Of a DNA stretch of 64,000 bases, positions 44,323 to 52,934 are shown piece after piece. The stretch lies in assembly GCA_000004985.1 (NCBI GenBank), contig GG738850.1, one strand, 5' to 3'. Numbering within the stretch: position 1 is the stretch's first letter; each line of letters opens with the position of its first letter. Made by a program: the position numbers and the translations under genes. Source of the DNA: Naegleria gruberi. Its lineage: Eukaryota. The notes under the pieces were generated by a model that had not been told where the DNA came from, did no database searches, and saw nothing but the letters and a program-made list of their open reading frames with translations.

Positions 44323-44545
44323 CTATTTAATCATGATCAAATATTGTTATTATTAAATAATCCGTGATCAACATTTTGATTATATTCCGTAATATAATAT
44401 TATATTCATATCATATTCATCCAATCATGTTAATTTTCCAATAACAAGTCGATAATAATTTAAGTAATATAAAACATGTTAATAACAAAATTGACAAAAC
44501 AATCCAAATTATTATAGTACTTCTATTCAATAACAACACACTTAC

Positions 44546-44631
44546 GTCGAAGAAGCAAGTGGATTACCACCGATCATACCTCCACCAAATGAAACTGTAC
44601 TCTCATCATCACTATCATCGAGGAAGCTCAT
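44546..44631 (-). CDS. FKBP15-like exon 1 (MSFLDDSDDESTVSFGGGMIGGNPLASS...)
   Basis: ATG at 44631. Ends in phase 2 at GTAAGT (44545-44540). Acidic N-terminus as in human FKBP15 (MFGAGDEDDTDFLSPSGGARL). Confidence 0.55.
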
Positions 44632-45643
44632 TTTTTCAAAAGTAATAAATCATCAAATGGCTTGAGAAGTAGTGAAAAAATCTTTCGGAGTTGTTATGAA
44701 GTTGTTAGGAAGAGGAGATGGTTTAATATATTGATGGAAGGTTACCTGTTGAATTTGTGCCTATTCTTATTACTGTTGAATGATGACTTTCGAGTGTACA
44801 ACAATAGTAGAATATATTGGTGTGGATATTTTGTTGTTATATGGTTGGATGATGAAAATTAGAAAAAGACAAATATGTGCATTGAATGGATTTGGTAGAA
44901 TTCAATTTATTAATTTAATACTAATTGATAAAGTATTCAATATTACATGATGATAGTATCATCTTGATTGTGATGATTAAAATTTTCTTTTCTTCGTTTC
45001 TCTGAGTTCTACGTATTGTTTGTGTGAATTTTGATCTTTTATCTTGATCAAATATATATTCGGTTATAGATGAAGAGTTTCAATTCAACAAACTTCTTTT
45101 TCATTATCCTATCACTCAACGTGTATTGAGTAATATATTGTAGTGAGTAACCTTCAAAAAAGATAATTGTAGATTGATGTGGTGGCTTTGTGATCCTTTT
45201 CATAATTTACATGACATTGTATTCTTTGTAATGTCTAGTCATCCTCGATTACAAGACCAATTGTTTGTGAGCAACTCGCCGATTGGCCCGTTCTTCAGAT
45301 TGACCGTGTTTGATTAAAGTGTGATGGGTTGCGTGGCGCCAATTAATTCTTGTAAGTTCACCAGCCAAATTGTTGCTTTTTAGAAGATGGAACACGCCAT
45401 ATAATGACCTTCCACTTTTAAATAAACGTTGTAATTCTGTTCGGCATGTGTTCAATTTCTCACGCTGTGTTTGTTACTTTCTCATCTGTTGGCAAACAAC
45501 GGAACCAACAACCGCCGTGAGCCATTATCGAGGCGATGCTGGAAAGTGAAGCCTTCAAAATGTTCAGCAGCGATATTGTTATAAAACTCGTGCATCTACT
45601 ATCATTTTAAAAAAAAACACAACAACAATAATAATACAACAAA

Positions 45644-46135
45644 ATGTCTGAAACCAAGCAAGTCGAATTAACATCCAAGGATAAAGTTTCCTTCAAGGTT
45701 GATAGAGATGTCATCTTGATGTCCGGTCTCGTTAAGGATATGTTAGAAGAAGGTGATGAAGATGAAACACCAATCATCCCAATTCCAAACGTTGATTCCA
45801 AGCCATTGCAAAAGGTTATTGAATATTGTCAATATCACCACAAGGAACCAGCCCAAGAAATTGAAAAGCCATTGAAGGGTAAGATTGAAGATGTTATCTG
45901 TGATTGGGACAAGAAGTTCTTGGAAATTGATCAATCTCTCTTGATTGAACTTATCATGGCTGCCAACTATTTGAATATTAAGGATCTTTTGGATTTGACC
46001 TGTGCTAAGGTTGCCTCCATGATCAAGGGCAAGTCACCAGAACAAATTAGAGAAATGTTCGGTATTGAAAATGATTTCACCCCAGAAGAGGAAGCCAAAA
46101 TTAGAGAAGAAAACAAGTGGTGCGAAGAAGCATAA
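45644..46135 (+). CDS. SKP1: Skp1 (SCF ubiquitin ligase adaptor), 163 aa, single exon
   Basis: True ATG. Full-length Skp1 hallmarks: IEYCQYHH, the dimerisation C-terminus DLLDLTCAKVASMIKGKSPEQIREMFGIENDFTPEEEAKIREENKWCEE. Confidence 0.95.
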   Translation: MSETKQVELTSKDKVSFKVDRDVILMSGLVKDMLEEGDEDETPIIPIPNVDSKPLQKVIEYCQYHHKEPAQEIEKPLKGKIEDVICDWDKKFLEIDQSLLIELIMAANYLNIKDLLDLTCAKVASMIKGKSPEQIREMFGIENDFTPEEEAKIREENKWCEEA

Positions 46136-46343
46136 ATTGTATTATAAATTTGTTAATTTTAATTTTTATTTAATTTTTATTTAATGTTATTTAATTTTTA
46201 TTTCAATATTATTAAATTATTGTTGGAATTAGTGAAATTGGGTAGCATGCTGAGATAATTTAAAATTGCTAGGATTAATAAAGTATGAATATTGACAGTT
46301 GACAATGATTTTAAAATCTCAAATATTATTTGTTTTTATTGGA

Positions 46344-48170
46344 TTAGTCACTCTCTTCCTCTTCTTCTCTTTTCCTCTTGTTCTTTTCATTCCTATTTTC
46401 ACTGACCAGTTTGTGAAATTCTTGCTTGATAGAGACTGTGTTTGCATTTGGTTTCAACAATGAGCGAGTCAATGAAAGCATGTTTGCAATCTTTAACAAA
46501 TTGATATCTTTGGTAGAGAGAGAACCCAATTTGTTTCTCAAATATTTAACCAAACTGTTTCTGTCAGCAGAGCCATAATTTTGCTCAGTGATCATGGTGG
46601 GCTCAATTTTGATACTTCTTCTATTTGAACCAGATGGAATGAATGAGTGATCAACACTAGTATCTATGGCACCTTTGGCTTTAAATAATTTAACTTCGGT
46701 TTTCAACAAGCCAAAATCAATTCTGAAAAACTTTTCAGACTCTAACCGAACAATTTTCAAAATTTTCCAACACTCTACAATGACACGATAGCCTCCTGTA
46801 TATCTGGGAATCATGTTACCAATTCTTGCAATGTGATCAGAAATGTAACAACAATCTGGAAAATCAATAATTGTTGGTGATTTGGTATCGTAAAAACCTT
46901 CTTCTTGTCCAAGTAACCAATTCAAGCATTCACCATATTCAATATTGCCTCTAATCTTTTCTAAAAGCTCAGGACATTCCTTGTACATTGGATTTGGTGT
47001 GTTAGCTTTAACTATTTTCCAAGTTGAATCCATAATTCTTCTTTTAGTAATGATTGGATTCTTATTCTTATAAGGAGCTAATGGAGTAAGCTTCTCCCAA
47101 AATTCATTTGCAGTAATTTCATCACCATTGACTTTTCTTGGCAATGGATATTGGGACTGGGCAATCTTTTCCAATTTCATATCAGCATTTCTTGTTGGAT
47201 TGCTTGCCAATTCACTACTATTACCATTGATTGCCTTAGGTGTAGTTGGTAGAGCATTTTGAACACCCAATTGAATGGCAGCAATCAAGTCTTGGATTGT
47301 CATGTTATTCAACATGAGAGGCTGTGCTGGTGTAATAGATGATTCTGTAGAGGTGAGGAGAGTTCCTTCATCTTGTTTGACAATTCCTTCATCTTGTTTA
47401 ACATCCTCCTTGTAACAAGTGAGCTCCTTGTACAAATCGAGTGATTTTTGTCTATCAAAATGTACAAACAATCTATAGATCATTACTAATCTATCATTGG
47501 TGGATATTTCCATGTCAAATCCTAATTGCTCTGACTTGGCATCAATCCACTTGTTCAAAAAGGATGTAAATACCTTTCCAAATAGAATATTTTCATCAGT
47601 AGAGCTATATTGAACAATTGAATCGTAAATATAGGTAGGCAAATGAAACTTGATTCTTCTAAAGAATGAGTCACTTGTTACATTATCCAATGGAGGTTCT
47701 TCTCTCAATACATTGATAAATTTCTCCTCTGTGTAGTCATTATCTTCAGCAGTTTTAATACCCATGAGTATACTGTTAGGGTCAATTAAATGTAGGATTT
47801 TCTTGTCAACATAACGACGATAGACATTGTTACCTGGTGTTAACTTCCATCCATACCAACGAATGATTAGTTCAAACTCGTCAACCTTTAAACTTTGGTG
47901 TTGGATCATGATTTGCACAGCAGCCCATGTAGCTCCAGATCTTCTCATACTATAAGGAACAATATGTTGCTGAATTCCAACAAATAATCTAGAATTGGTA
48001 ATTTCTTTAGCAAATTGACTCAAATTGTGAGGTACAAAACCATTTCCAATAGAGGAGAATAAATGCATTTCCAAACATTCTTCCTTAATAGAAAAGTCAC
48101 AATTTTTCAAACATGACTCCAAGTTACCACTTTTGAAAATTCCTCTCAAAGCCAAATATTCTAAAAGCAT
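46344..48170 (-). CDS. protein with Crypton/DIRS-type tyrosine-recombinase-like N-terminal motifs (possible domesticated YR-derived gene or Crypton remnant), 608 aa
   Basis: True ATG at 48170. Residues about 70-125 read PYSMRRSGATWAAVQIMIQHQSLKVDEFELIIRWYGWKLTPGNNVYRRYV. These resemble eukaryotic YR boxes (G)HSxRRGGAT...LGRWKS...YIR, with H to Y at the first position. ALRG at residues 7-10 may be the box-I Arg. No family recognised for the rest. Internal tandem repeat KQDEGIVKQDEGT. Confidence 0.55.
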   Translation of the reverse strand: MLLEYLALRGIFKSGNLESCLKNCDFSIKEECLEMHLFSSIGNGFVPHNLSQFAKEITNSRLFVGIQQHIVPYSMRRSGATWAAVQIMIQHQSLKVDEFELIIRWYGWKLTPGNNVYRRYVDKKILHLIDPNSILMGIKTAEDNDYTEEKFINVLREEPPLDNVTSDSFFRRIKFHLPTYIYDSIVQYSSTDENILFGKVFTSFLNKWIDAKSEQLGFDMEISTNDRLVMIYRLFVHFDRQKSLDLYKELTCYKEDVKQDEGIVKQDEGTLLTSTESSITPAQPLMLNNMTIQDLIAAIQLGVQNALPTTPKAINGNSSELASNPTRNADMKLEKIAQSQYPLPRKVNGDEITANEFWEKLTPLAPYKNKNPIITKRRIMDSTWKIVKANTPNPMYKECPELLEKIRGNIEYGECLNWLLGQEEGFYDTKSPTIIDFPDCCYISDHIARIGNMIPRYTGGYRVIVECWKILKIVRLESEKFFRIDFGLLKTEVKLFKAKGAIDTSVDHSFIPSGSNRRSIKIEPTMITEQNYGSADRNSLVKYLRNKLGSLSTKDINLLKIANMLSLTRSLLKPNANTVSIKQEFHKLVSENRNEKNKRKREEEEESD

Positions 48171-48306
48171 AAAAGATAAAGCAATTGTTATTCAAACCCC
48201 AATCCACAAAGTTTAGATTCACTCTCTTTCAATCATTGATAAAATGAATTTGTTAGCTTTTATTTTGAATTTTATTACCAGTTCTCTATTCCACACAAAA
48301 AGATAC

Positions 48307-48426
48307 AAGACTACAGCACCACAGGTTCCCAAGTTGTCTCCAACCTCAGTACTGATGTGGTTCGACGATGCTTAACTTCTCAAATCGGACGGGATGAGGT
48401 GCATTCATCGTGATATGGCCGTAGCC
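48307..48426 (-). rRNA. 5S ribosomal RNA (~120 nt), dispersed copy
   Basis: Reverse complement reads GGCTACGGCCATATCACGATGAATGCACCTCATCCCGTCCGATTTGAGAAGTTAAGCATCGTCGAACCACATCAGTACTGAGGTTGGAGACAACTTGGGAACCTGTGGTGCTGTAGTC. It matches the universal 5S consensus (GCCTACGGCCATACC...CCCGTCCGATCTGCGAAGTTAAGC...GTACTGG...GGGAATACC..GGTGCTGTAGGC). Terminal helix pairs. T-rich stretch (TCTTTTG) downstream. Confidence 0.85.
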
Positions 48427-48612
48427 AATCATATTATCAAAATAATGTTAGTGAACTATTAATATTTCTAAATTGCTTAACTTATCTATCACAATGAGTG
48501 AAATTCTCAAAAAAAATGTTATGTCTAAATCATAATTAAACAGATCTCGTTTTTCATTATTAACTTTAACTTGTACTGATTATAAAATAAACTAATTTAC
48601 ATCAATTAGAGA

Positions 48613-48683
48613 AGGGAGATAGTTCAGTGGTAGAACATGGGATTGTGGTTCCTAAGATCAGGGTTCGATTCCCTGTCTTCCTA
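48613..48683 (+). tRNA. tRNA-His (anticodon GTG), second identical copy
   Basis: 71/71 identical to complement(21597..21667). Followed by CC + TTTTTT. Confidence 0.85.
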
Positions 48684-48685
48684 CA

Positions 48686-48691
48686 CCTTTT
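48686..48691 (+). terminator. Pol III terminator T-run (TTTTTT) after tRNA-His
   Basis: Six consecutive T residues starting 3 nt after the discriminator base. Confidence 0.4.
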
Positions 48692-48772
48692 TTAACAACA
48701 GAAAGAAAAGATTTAACTTAAGGATTATTGTTGACGGACAGATATTTACATTTGAGATTTATCGGGTACAAT

Positions 48773-50701
48773 TCAATTTTCAGTAATTACTTCACGATAG
48801 GATTGAGCCACTTCTAATGTATTATCTTTTGGAACAAATTTGATTCTTGGATGGTGGGGAATTATGTATTTCGAAAATAATTCACTATTATTCGAATCAT
48901 ACTCAAAATACTCTAAACTTGGTGGCAAATCTAACTTTGGATAAATATCTTGAACAAAATCAGAACTATCACTAAAATTAAAATGCCACACTAGCTTTTT
49001 GAGCTGTCTGAATTTCTTGATTGATTTTACAATATCCATATCATTTTGTGCATATGTATTCGTTCTTATAATTAATTCTTTGAGATTGGGTGATCTTTTT
49101 GCTAGATTTCTAATCACCCTCCCACTAATAGCACCATGACTCGTATTTATAGATTCTACATCAGTCAGTAATGCCTTCTCAACATCTCTATTTTCAATAT
49201 AGAAATGTTCAGAGCCATAGGTTAGAGGTTGCATCATGTAATAAACTGTTCTTTTTCCAGGTTTTTTCAAATAATAATTGAAAAAGGAAGAGTTCAAAGT
49301 GTGGCCAAGTATTTGCATACCATTAACTCTTTCATGGCTTGGCATGAATAATTTTTCTTTCAATGATGATGTGTGATTGTGTTTCTCTAACTGTCTGTCA
49401 GCATTATTAATTAAATTTCTAAATGAAATTTCAAGAATGTCATCATTGACCACACTTTTCATGGCAATTTCTCTCCAATATTTACAAGTTCTTGAAATGA
49501 GCATTCTATTATAGACAGGTAGGAATGAAAATATTAATTCTGTAGAGTTATCATCCAATAGGCGGTAACTAAATGCTGAAATTATTTTAGTATTAGGATT
49601 GAGAGCTTTGGCTTTTTGAATATATACATCACGTTCCTTTTTCATGTCTTTTCTTCCATAGACATAGGCAATCATTTTAGCACATTCATCACTATTAATA
49701 ATACTCATTGATTGTAAAAAATCATCCAATGCCAAATCAACTTCATGTGAATAATAGTATGAAAGTCCTCTATTATAAATATAATGGCCCAAATTTGGAT
49801 GATCCTTTCCAATTTCAATAGCCTTATTGTAACATTCAATAGAATCTCTGTAATAGGTTGAAAAATAATATGAAATTCCAGCTCTGAAATATAGCTCTTC
49901 AAGAGATATTATTGAGGAAGGAATTTTAACCTTCTCTGTCTGTTCTTCCTGGGGAGCAGTGACTTCCTGTACTTGTTTCCCCAACTTGCTCTTTATCAAG
50001 TTTCCAGCATGTTTGAAATAGGATTTGGTTTGTTCATGAAATTCATTCAAATTCTCCATCACCTTCTCAGCAGTATGTTTCATAACATTTTGAATTTCAA
50101 AAACCTTCTTCTCCACCTCATTGGATTTGCTATCGTTGGCTTCTTTCAACTCTATTGCCTTTTTGAATGCATGAGCAGATTCCAAATAATCTCCAGTCAC
50201 ATAGAGAAGAAACCCTTCCAAATATTTGACAATATAGGTCTCTTTCAGCGTGTAATCCAAATAGATAGCAAATTTGAGATCGTTCATTGCCTTTTCATAC
50301 TTATTAGAGGCACATCTCACCAAAGTTCTTTGCAAGTATAAAATTGCATCTTCAGATGATAATACAACTTTTGGATCTGATGAGTTTTCCATTGGTGCTG
50401 AATTTTCTATTGCTGAATTTTCATTCTTTTCATCGGCTGTAATTAATTTCGCATCGTCACCATCAACAATTTTCATCTTGTTATTCAACATCTTCTCGGC
50501 CTTATCTTGCTTTCTATATAAAATCTTCTCCTTCAATTCTCTTCTTTTAATCTTCCAGTTGGAATCAATCTTTTGATTGTTTTCTCTAATTTTACTATCC
50601 ATCGAGGAGAAGGTACTATGAATGAAATTGTATGCAGAGCCACCCAAGATGAGCGGGAAAAGAAGGATCAGAACAGGACCAGAAGGTACACTTCCACACA
50701 T
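48773..50701 (-). CDS. TPR-repeat protein with an F-box-like segment and C-terminal LRR-like region; N-terminal hydrophobic anchor (642 aa)
   Basis: True ATG at 50701. TPR-like repeats (AMNDLKFAIYLDYTLKETYIVKYLEGFLLYVTGDYLESAHAFKKAIEL; YNKAIEIGKDHPNLGHYIYNRGLSYYY). F-box-like ELIFSFLPVYNRMLISRTCKYWREIA. Confidence 0.6.
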   Translation of the reverse strand: MCGSVPSGPVLILLFPLILGGSAYNFIHSTFSSMDSKIRENNQKIDSNWKIKRRELKEKILYRKQDKAEKMLNNKMKIVDGDDAKLITADEKNENSAIENSAPMENSSDPKVVLSSEDAILYLQRTLVRCASNKYEKAMNDLKFAIYLDYTLKETYIVKYLEGFLLYVTGDYLESAHAFKKAIELKEANDSKSNEVEKKVFEIQNVMKHTAEKVMENLNEFHEQTKSYFKHAGNLIKSKLGKQVQEVTAPQEEQTEKVKIPSSIISLEELYFRAGISYYFSTYYRDSIECYNKAIEIGKDHPNLGHYIYNRGLSYYYSHEVDLALDDFLQSMSIINSDECAKMIAYVYGRKDMKKERDVYIQKAKALNPNTKIISAFSYRLLDDNSTELIFSFLPVYNRMLISRTCKYWREIAMKSVVNDDILEISFRNLINNADRQLEKHNHTSSLKEKLFMPSHERVNGMQILGHTLNSSFFNYYLKKPGKRTVYYMMQPLTYGSEHFYIENRDVEKALLTDVESINTSHGAISGRVIRNLAKRSPNLKELIIRTNTYAQNDMDIVKSIKKFRQLKKLVWHFNFSDSSDFVQDIYPKLDLPPSLEYFEYDSNNSELFSKYIIPHHPRIKFVPKDNTLEVAQSYREVITEN

Positions 50702-50877
50702 TTTTTTTTGATGAAAAGAAACAATGATGAACTTTTGAAACTCATGGTTGACAAGTTGTTTTTACAATGATATCACAAAATCAACATTATGTAAATTCCT
50801 CAAAAGTTCAATAAATAAATTTCTCCACTGTCATTTTCAATAAAGTTTCCAACAAACATTTCATATTGACACATTTT

Positions 50878-51259
50878 ATGGAGAAAATTCAACAACAAAA
50901 TAAAATTCTTGTGCCATCTCGAACTCCAAAAAAACAAAAAAAAATGAAAAAACGAACCTTTGATGAAATCAGCAGCAGCAAACAAGATTTAGAAGAACCA
51001 AAGCAACAATCTCCACCAATATTGAGAGGTAAATCTTTACTTCCTCCACGAGGAGGAGGAGGATCCATCATGACCAATTCAACTATCCATTCAATCCGTG
51101 CAACTGAATCAGTGGTAGTACAATCTTCCTCATCATCCAATTCACAAAAATCGAATAATAGCACTAGTAGACTCCGAATCATAAAAAAGCCTTCCGTGAC
51201 GATTAAAGTTATTGAAGAAGAAGAAGTAGAGGAGAAAGAAAATGCACTGATTAATAATA
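50878..51259 (+). CDS. possible exon 1 of the AlkB homolog gene (Lys-rich, RGGGGS-containing N-terminal extension)
   Basis: Track ORF 50866..51282 (TTG start; first ATG at 50878, MEKIQQQNK...). Donor GTAATA at 51260 and acceptor CTACAG at 51306-51311 give a 52-nt intron. It joins in frame (a + tg = ATG) to the AlkB-domain ORF. Alternatively the two ORFs are independent and the AlkB gene starts at 51275. Confidence 0.4.
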
Positions 51260-51311
51260 GTAATAATTATTTCAATGGTTGATGAAACAAGGGAAAAGAA
51301 TCAATCTACAG

Positions 51312-51985
51312 TGATGAATTCTAATGTTGTACTTAATATTCCTATTAATCTTGTAATTCATCCATTGGTTTCGAAACCTTCCTATATTATTAAGGAGGCT
51401 AGCATTGGGGTTCAGGTTCAATACTTTGAGAGATTCTTGCATGCTCACTTTGCATCAATTCTGTTTAAGAAGTTTAATGAATCGATGGATTTGTTTACAA
51501 AGGATCAATTGGTAATTCATGGAAAACATATTGAAGCTCCAAGAAAAACTCTATCCTATTCAGATTCGAATATTGTATACTCTTATTCTGGAATGCAGAG
51601 ATCGTCAATACCTTGGTTTCCTGAATTGCTCAAATTGAAAACCTTGATTCAAGAAAAGACAGGTGAGGTTTTTAATTATGCTCTTGTAAATGTGTACGAT
51701 AATGGCAATGACTATATTGGCTGGCATTCAGATAAAACAAAAGATTTGGTCGAAAATTCTTCCATAGTTTCCTTGACACTTGGAGAAACAAGACCATTCC
51801 AATTTAAACCATCAGAAGGCAAACAGAAAAATTCTGACAAATCTATCATTACAAAATATCTGCCAAATGGTTCAATGATAATTATGAATTGGAATACACA
51901 GTTTTACTACAAACATTGTCTACCAAAGAGAAAAAACATTTCAAAACAGAGAATTAACATTACTTTTAGACATGTGAAGGTGTAG
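51312..51985 (+). CDS. alpha-ketoglutarate/Fe(II)-dependent dioxygenase AlkB homolog (ALKBH2-like), catalytic domain
   Basis: Collinear match to ALKBH2: VQYFERFLHAHF..., PWFPELLKLKTLIQEKTGEVFNYALVNVYDNGNDYIGWHSDKTKDL, SIVSLTLGETRPFQFKP, LPNGSMIIMNWNTQFYYKHCLPKR, RINITFRHV. HxD...H iron triad present. Stand-alone ATG alternative at 51275 (MVDETREK). Confidence 0.85.
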
Positions 51986-52118
51986 TGCAAATATTTACAT
52001 ATCAATCTTTCTTGAGCTAGCGGAAGTGTAAGAAACTAATCCAAATGAATTATAATAGTCTGCTCGATTAATTTCAATCTGTTGTTTATTATATGATTGG
52101 ATGATAAAGTAACTTTTC

Positions 52119-52679
52119 TTATTCATTTCCACATTTTTCATTACAATTACATTGAGTACTGGAATATGTTGAGGTTTGATATAAATAGTAAATTCCACTT
52201 CCCAATCCAACAGTAACTGCAACTGTTCCCAATACTGGTGCACTCATAATTGCACCTGTAGCTCCAATCACTTGTAAACCGGAAACCAATGATCCAGCAG
52301 CGACTCCTTAACCATTTGCAACAGCACTCATCGCCATTAGTTTAGCACCAACGCTGCCAGCAGAAATTCCTGCTTTGGTAAACCCAGCCCATCCCACAAT
52401 AGTTGGAAGAAATGAAAGAGTGGCTGCAGAGACAATTGTGGTTCCAGCTGCTGCACTAAGAAGAAGATTTGATTTCCTTGTTGTTTTGAATTCACAAGAG
52501 GTACTCCTTTTAAAATTCATTCTGTCAGAATATTTTGGGTGAATTGTGATTTCTGTGCTAGATTCCTCTTGTTTTACTTCTGTCTTTGATGAATCACCAG
52601 TAGATTCTACTACTATTTCCTCTTCTTGTTTGATTGTTTCAAATTCTCTTGGTTTAGTGCTGAACCACCTTCTGAACAA
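52119..52679 (-). pseudogene. IFI6/IFI27 (ISG12, Ifi-6-16)-family gene interrupted by an in-frame TAA at a conserved Gly codon
   Basis: Track ORF 52308..52679 ends ...GFTKAGISAGSVGAKLMAMSAVANG*. The same frame continues GVAAGSLVSGLQVIGATGAIMSAPVLGTVAVTVGLG... to a stop near 52119. Human IFI6 reads ...AAGSIAAKMMSAAAIANGGGVAAGSLVATLQS..., so the TAA occupies a Gly position (ANG-G-GVAAGS). Nonsense mutation, assembly error or read-through. Confidence 0.5.
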
Positions 52680-52934
52680 GAATCTCTAAATATCAAACAG
52701 AGAATTACTTTCGGAATGATCGGTTTCAGCACTTGCTTGATGAACGAAAATTCCTCCGAGAAGGAAAAATAACAGTAAAATTACGAGAATTCGCATTTGC
52801 ATTTTTTTAAAAGAATTTTTAAATTGAAATTCCAAATGTTTACAATAACTCATGAAACGTTGTTCGTTTCATGGATAGGAATAGGATCTTTTTAAATAAA
52901 ATGTCTATTTACAAAGTGGTATGAATTTGAATGT

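Noticed and set aside
51995-52243. ORF complement(51995..52243)
   Set aside because: GTG start. Overlaps the downstream half of the IFI6-like frame in another frame. No homology.
52308-52310. Short (42-nt) intron explanation for the in-frame TAA in the IFI6-like gene (GTTAAG...ACAAG)
   Set aside because: The putative intron would be about 55% GC with a poor donor, unlike every other intron in the window. Homologues have coding sequence (GG-GVAAGSL) across this exact stretch, so the TAA replaces a codon rather than marking an intron.
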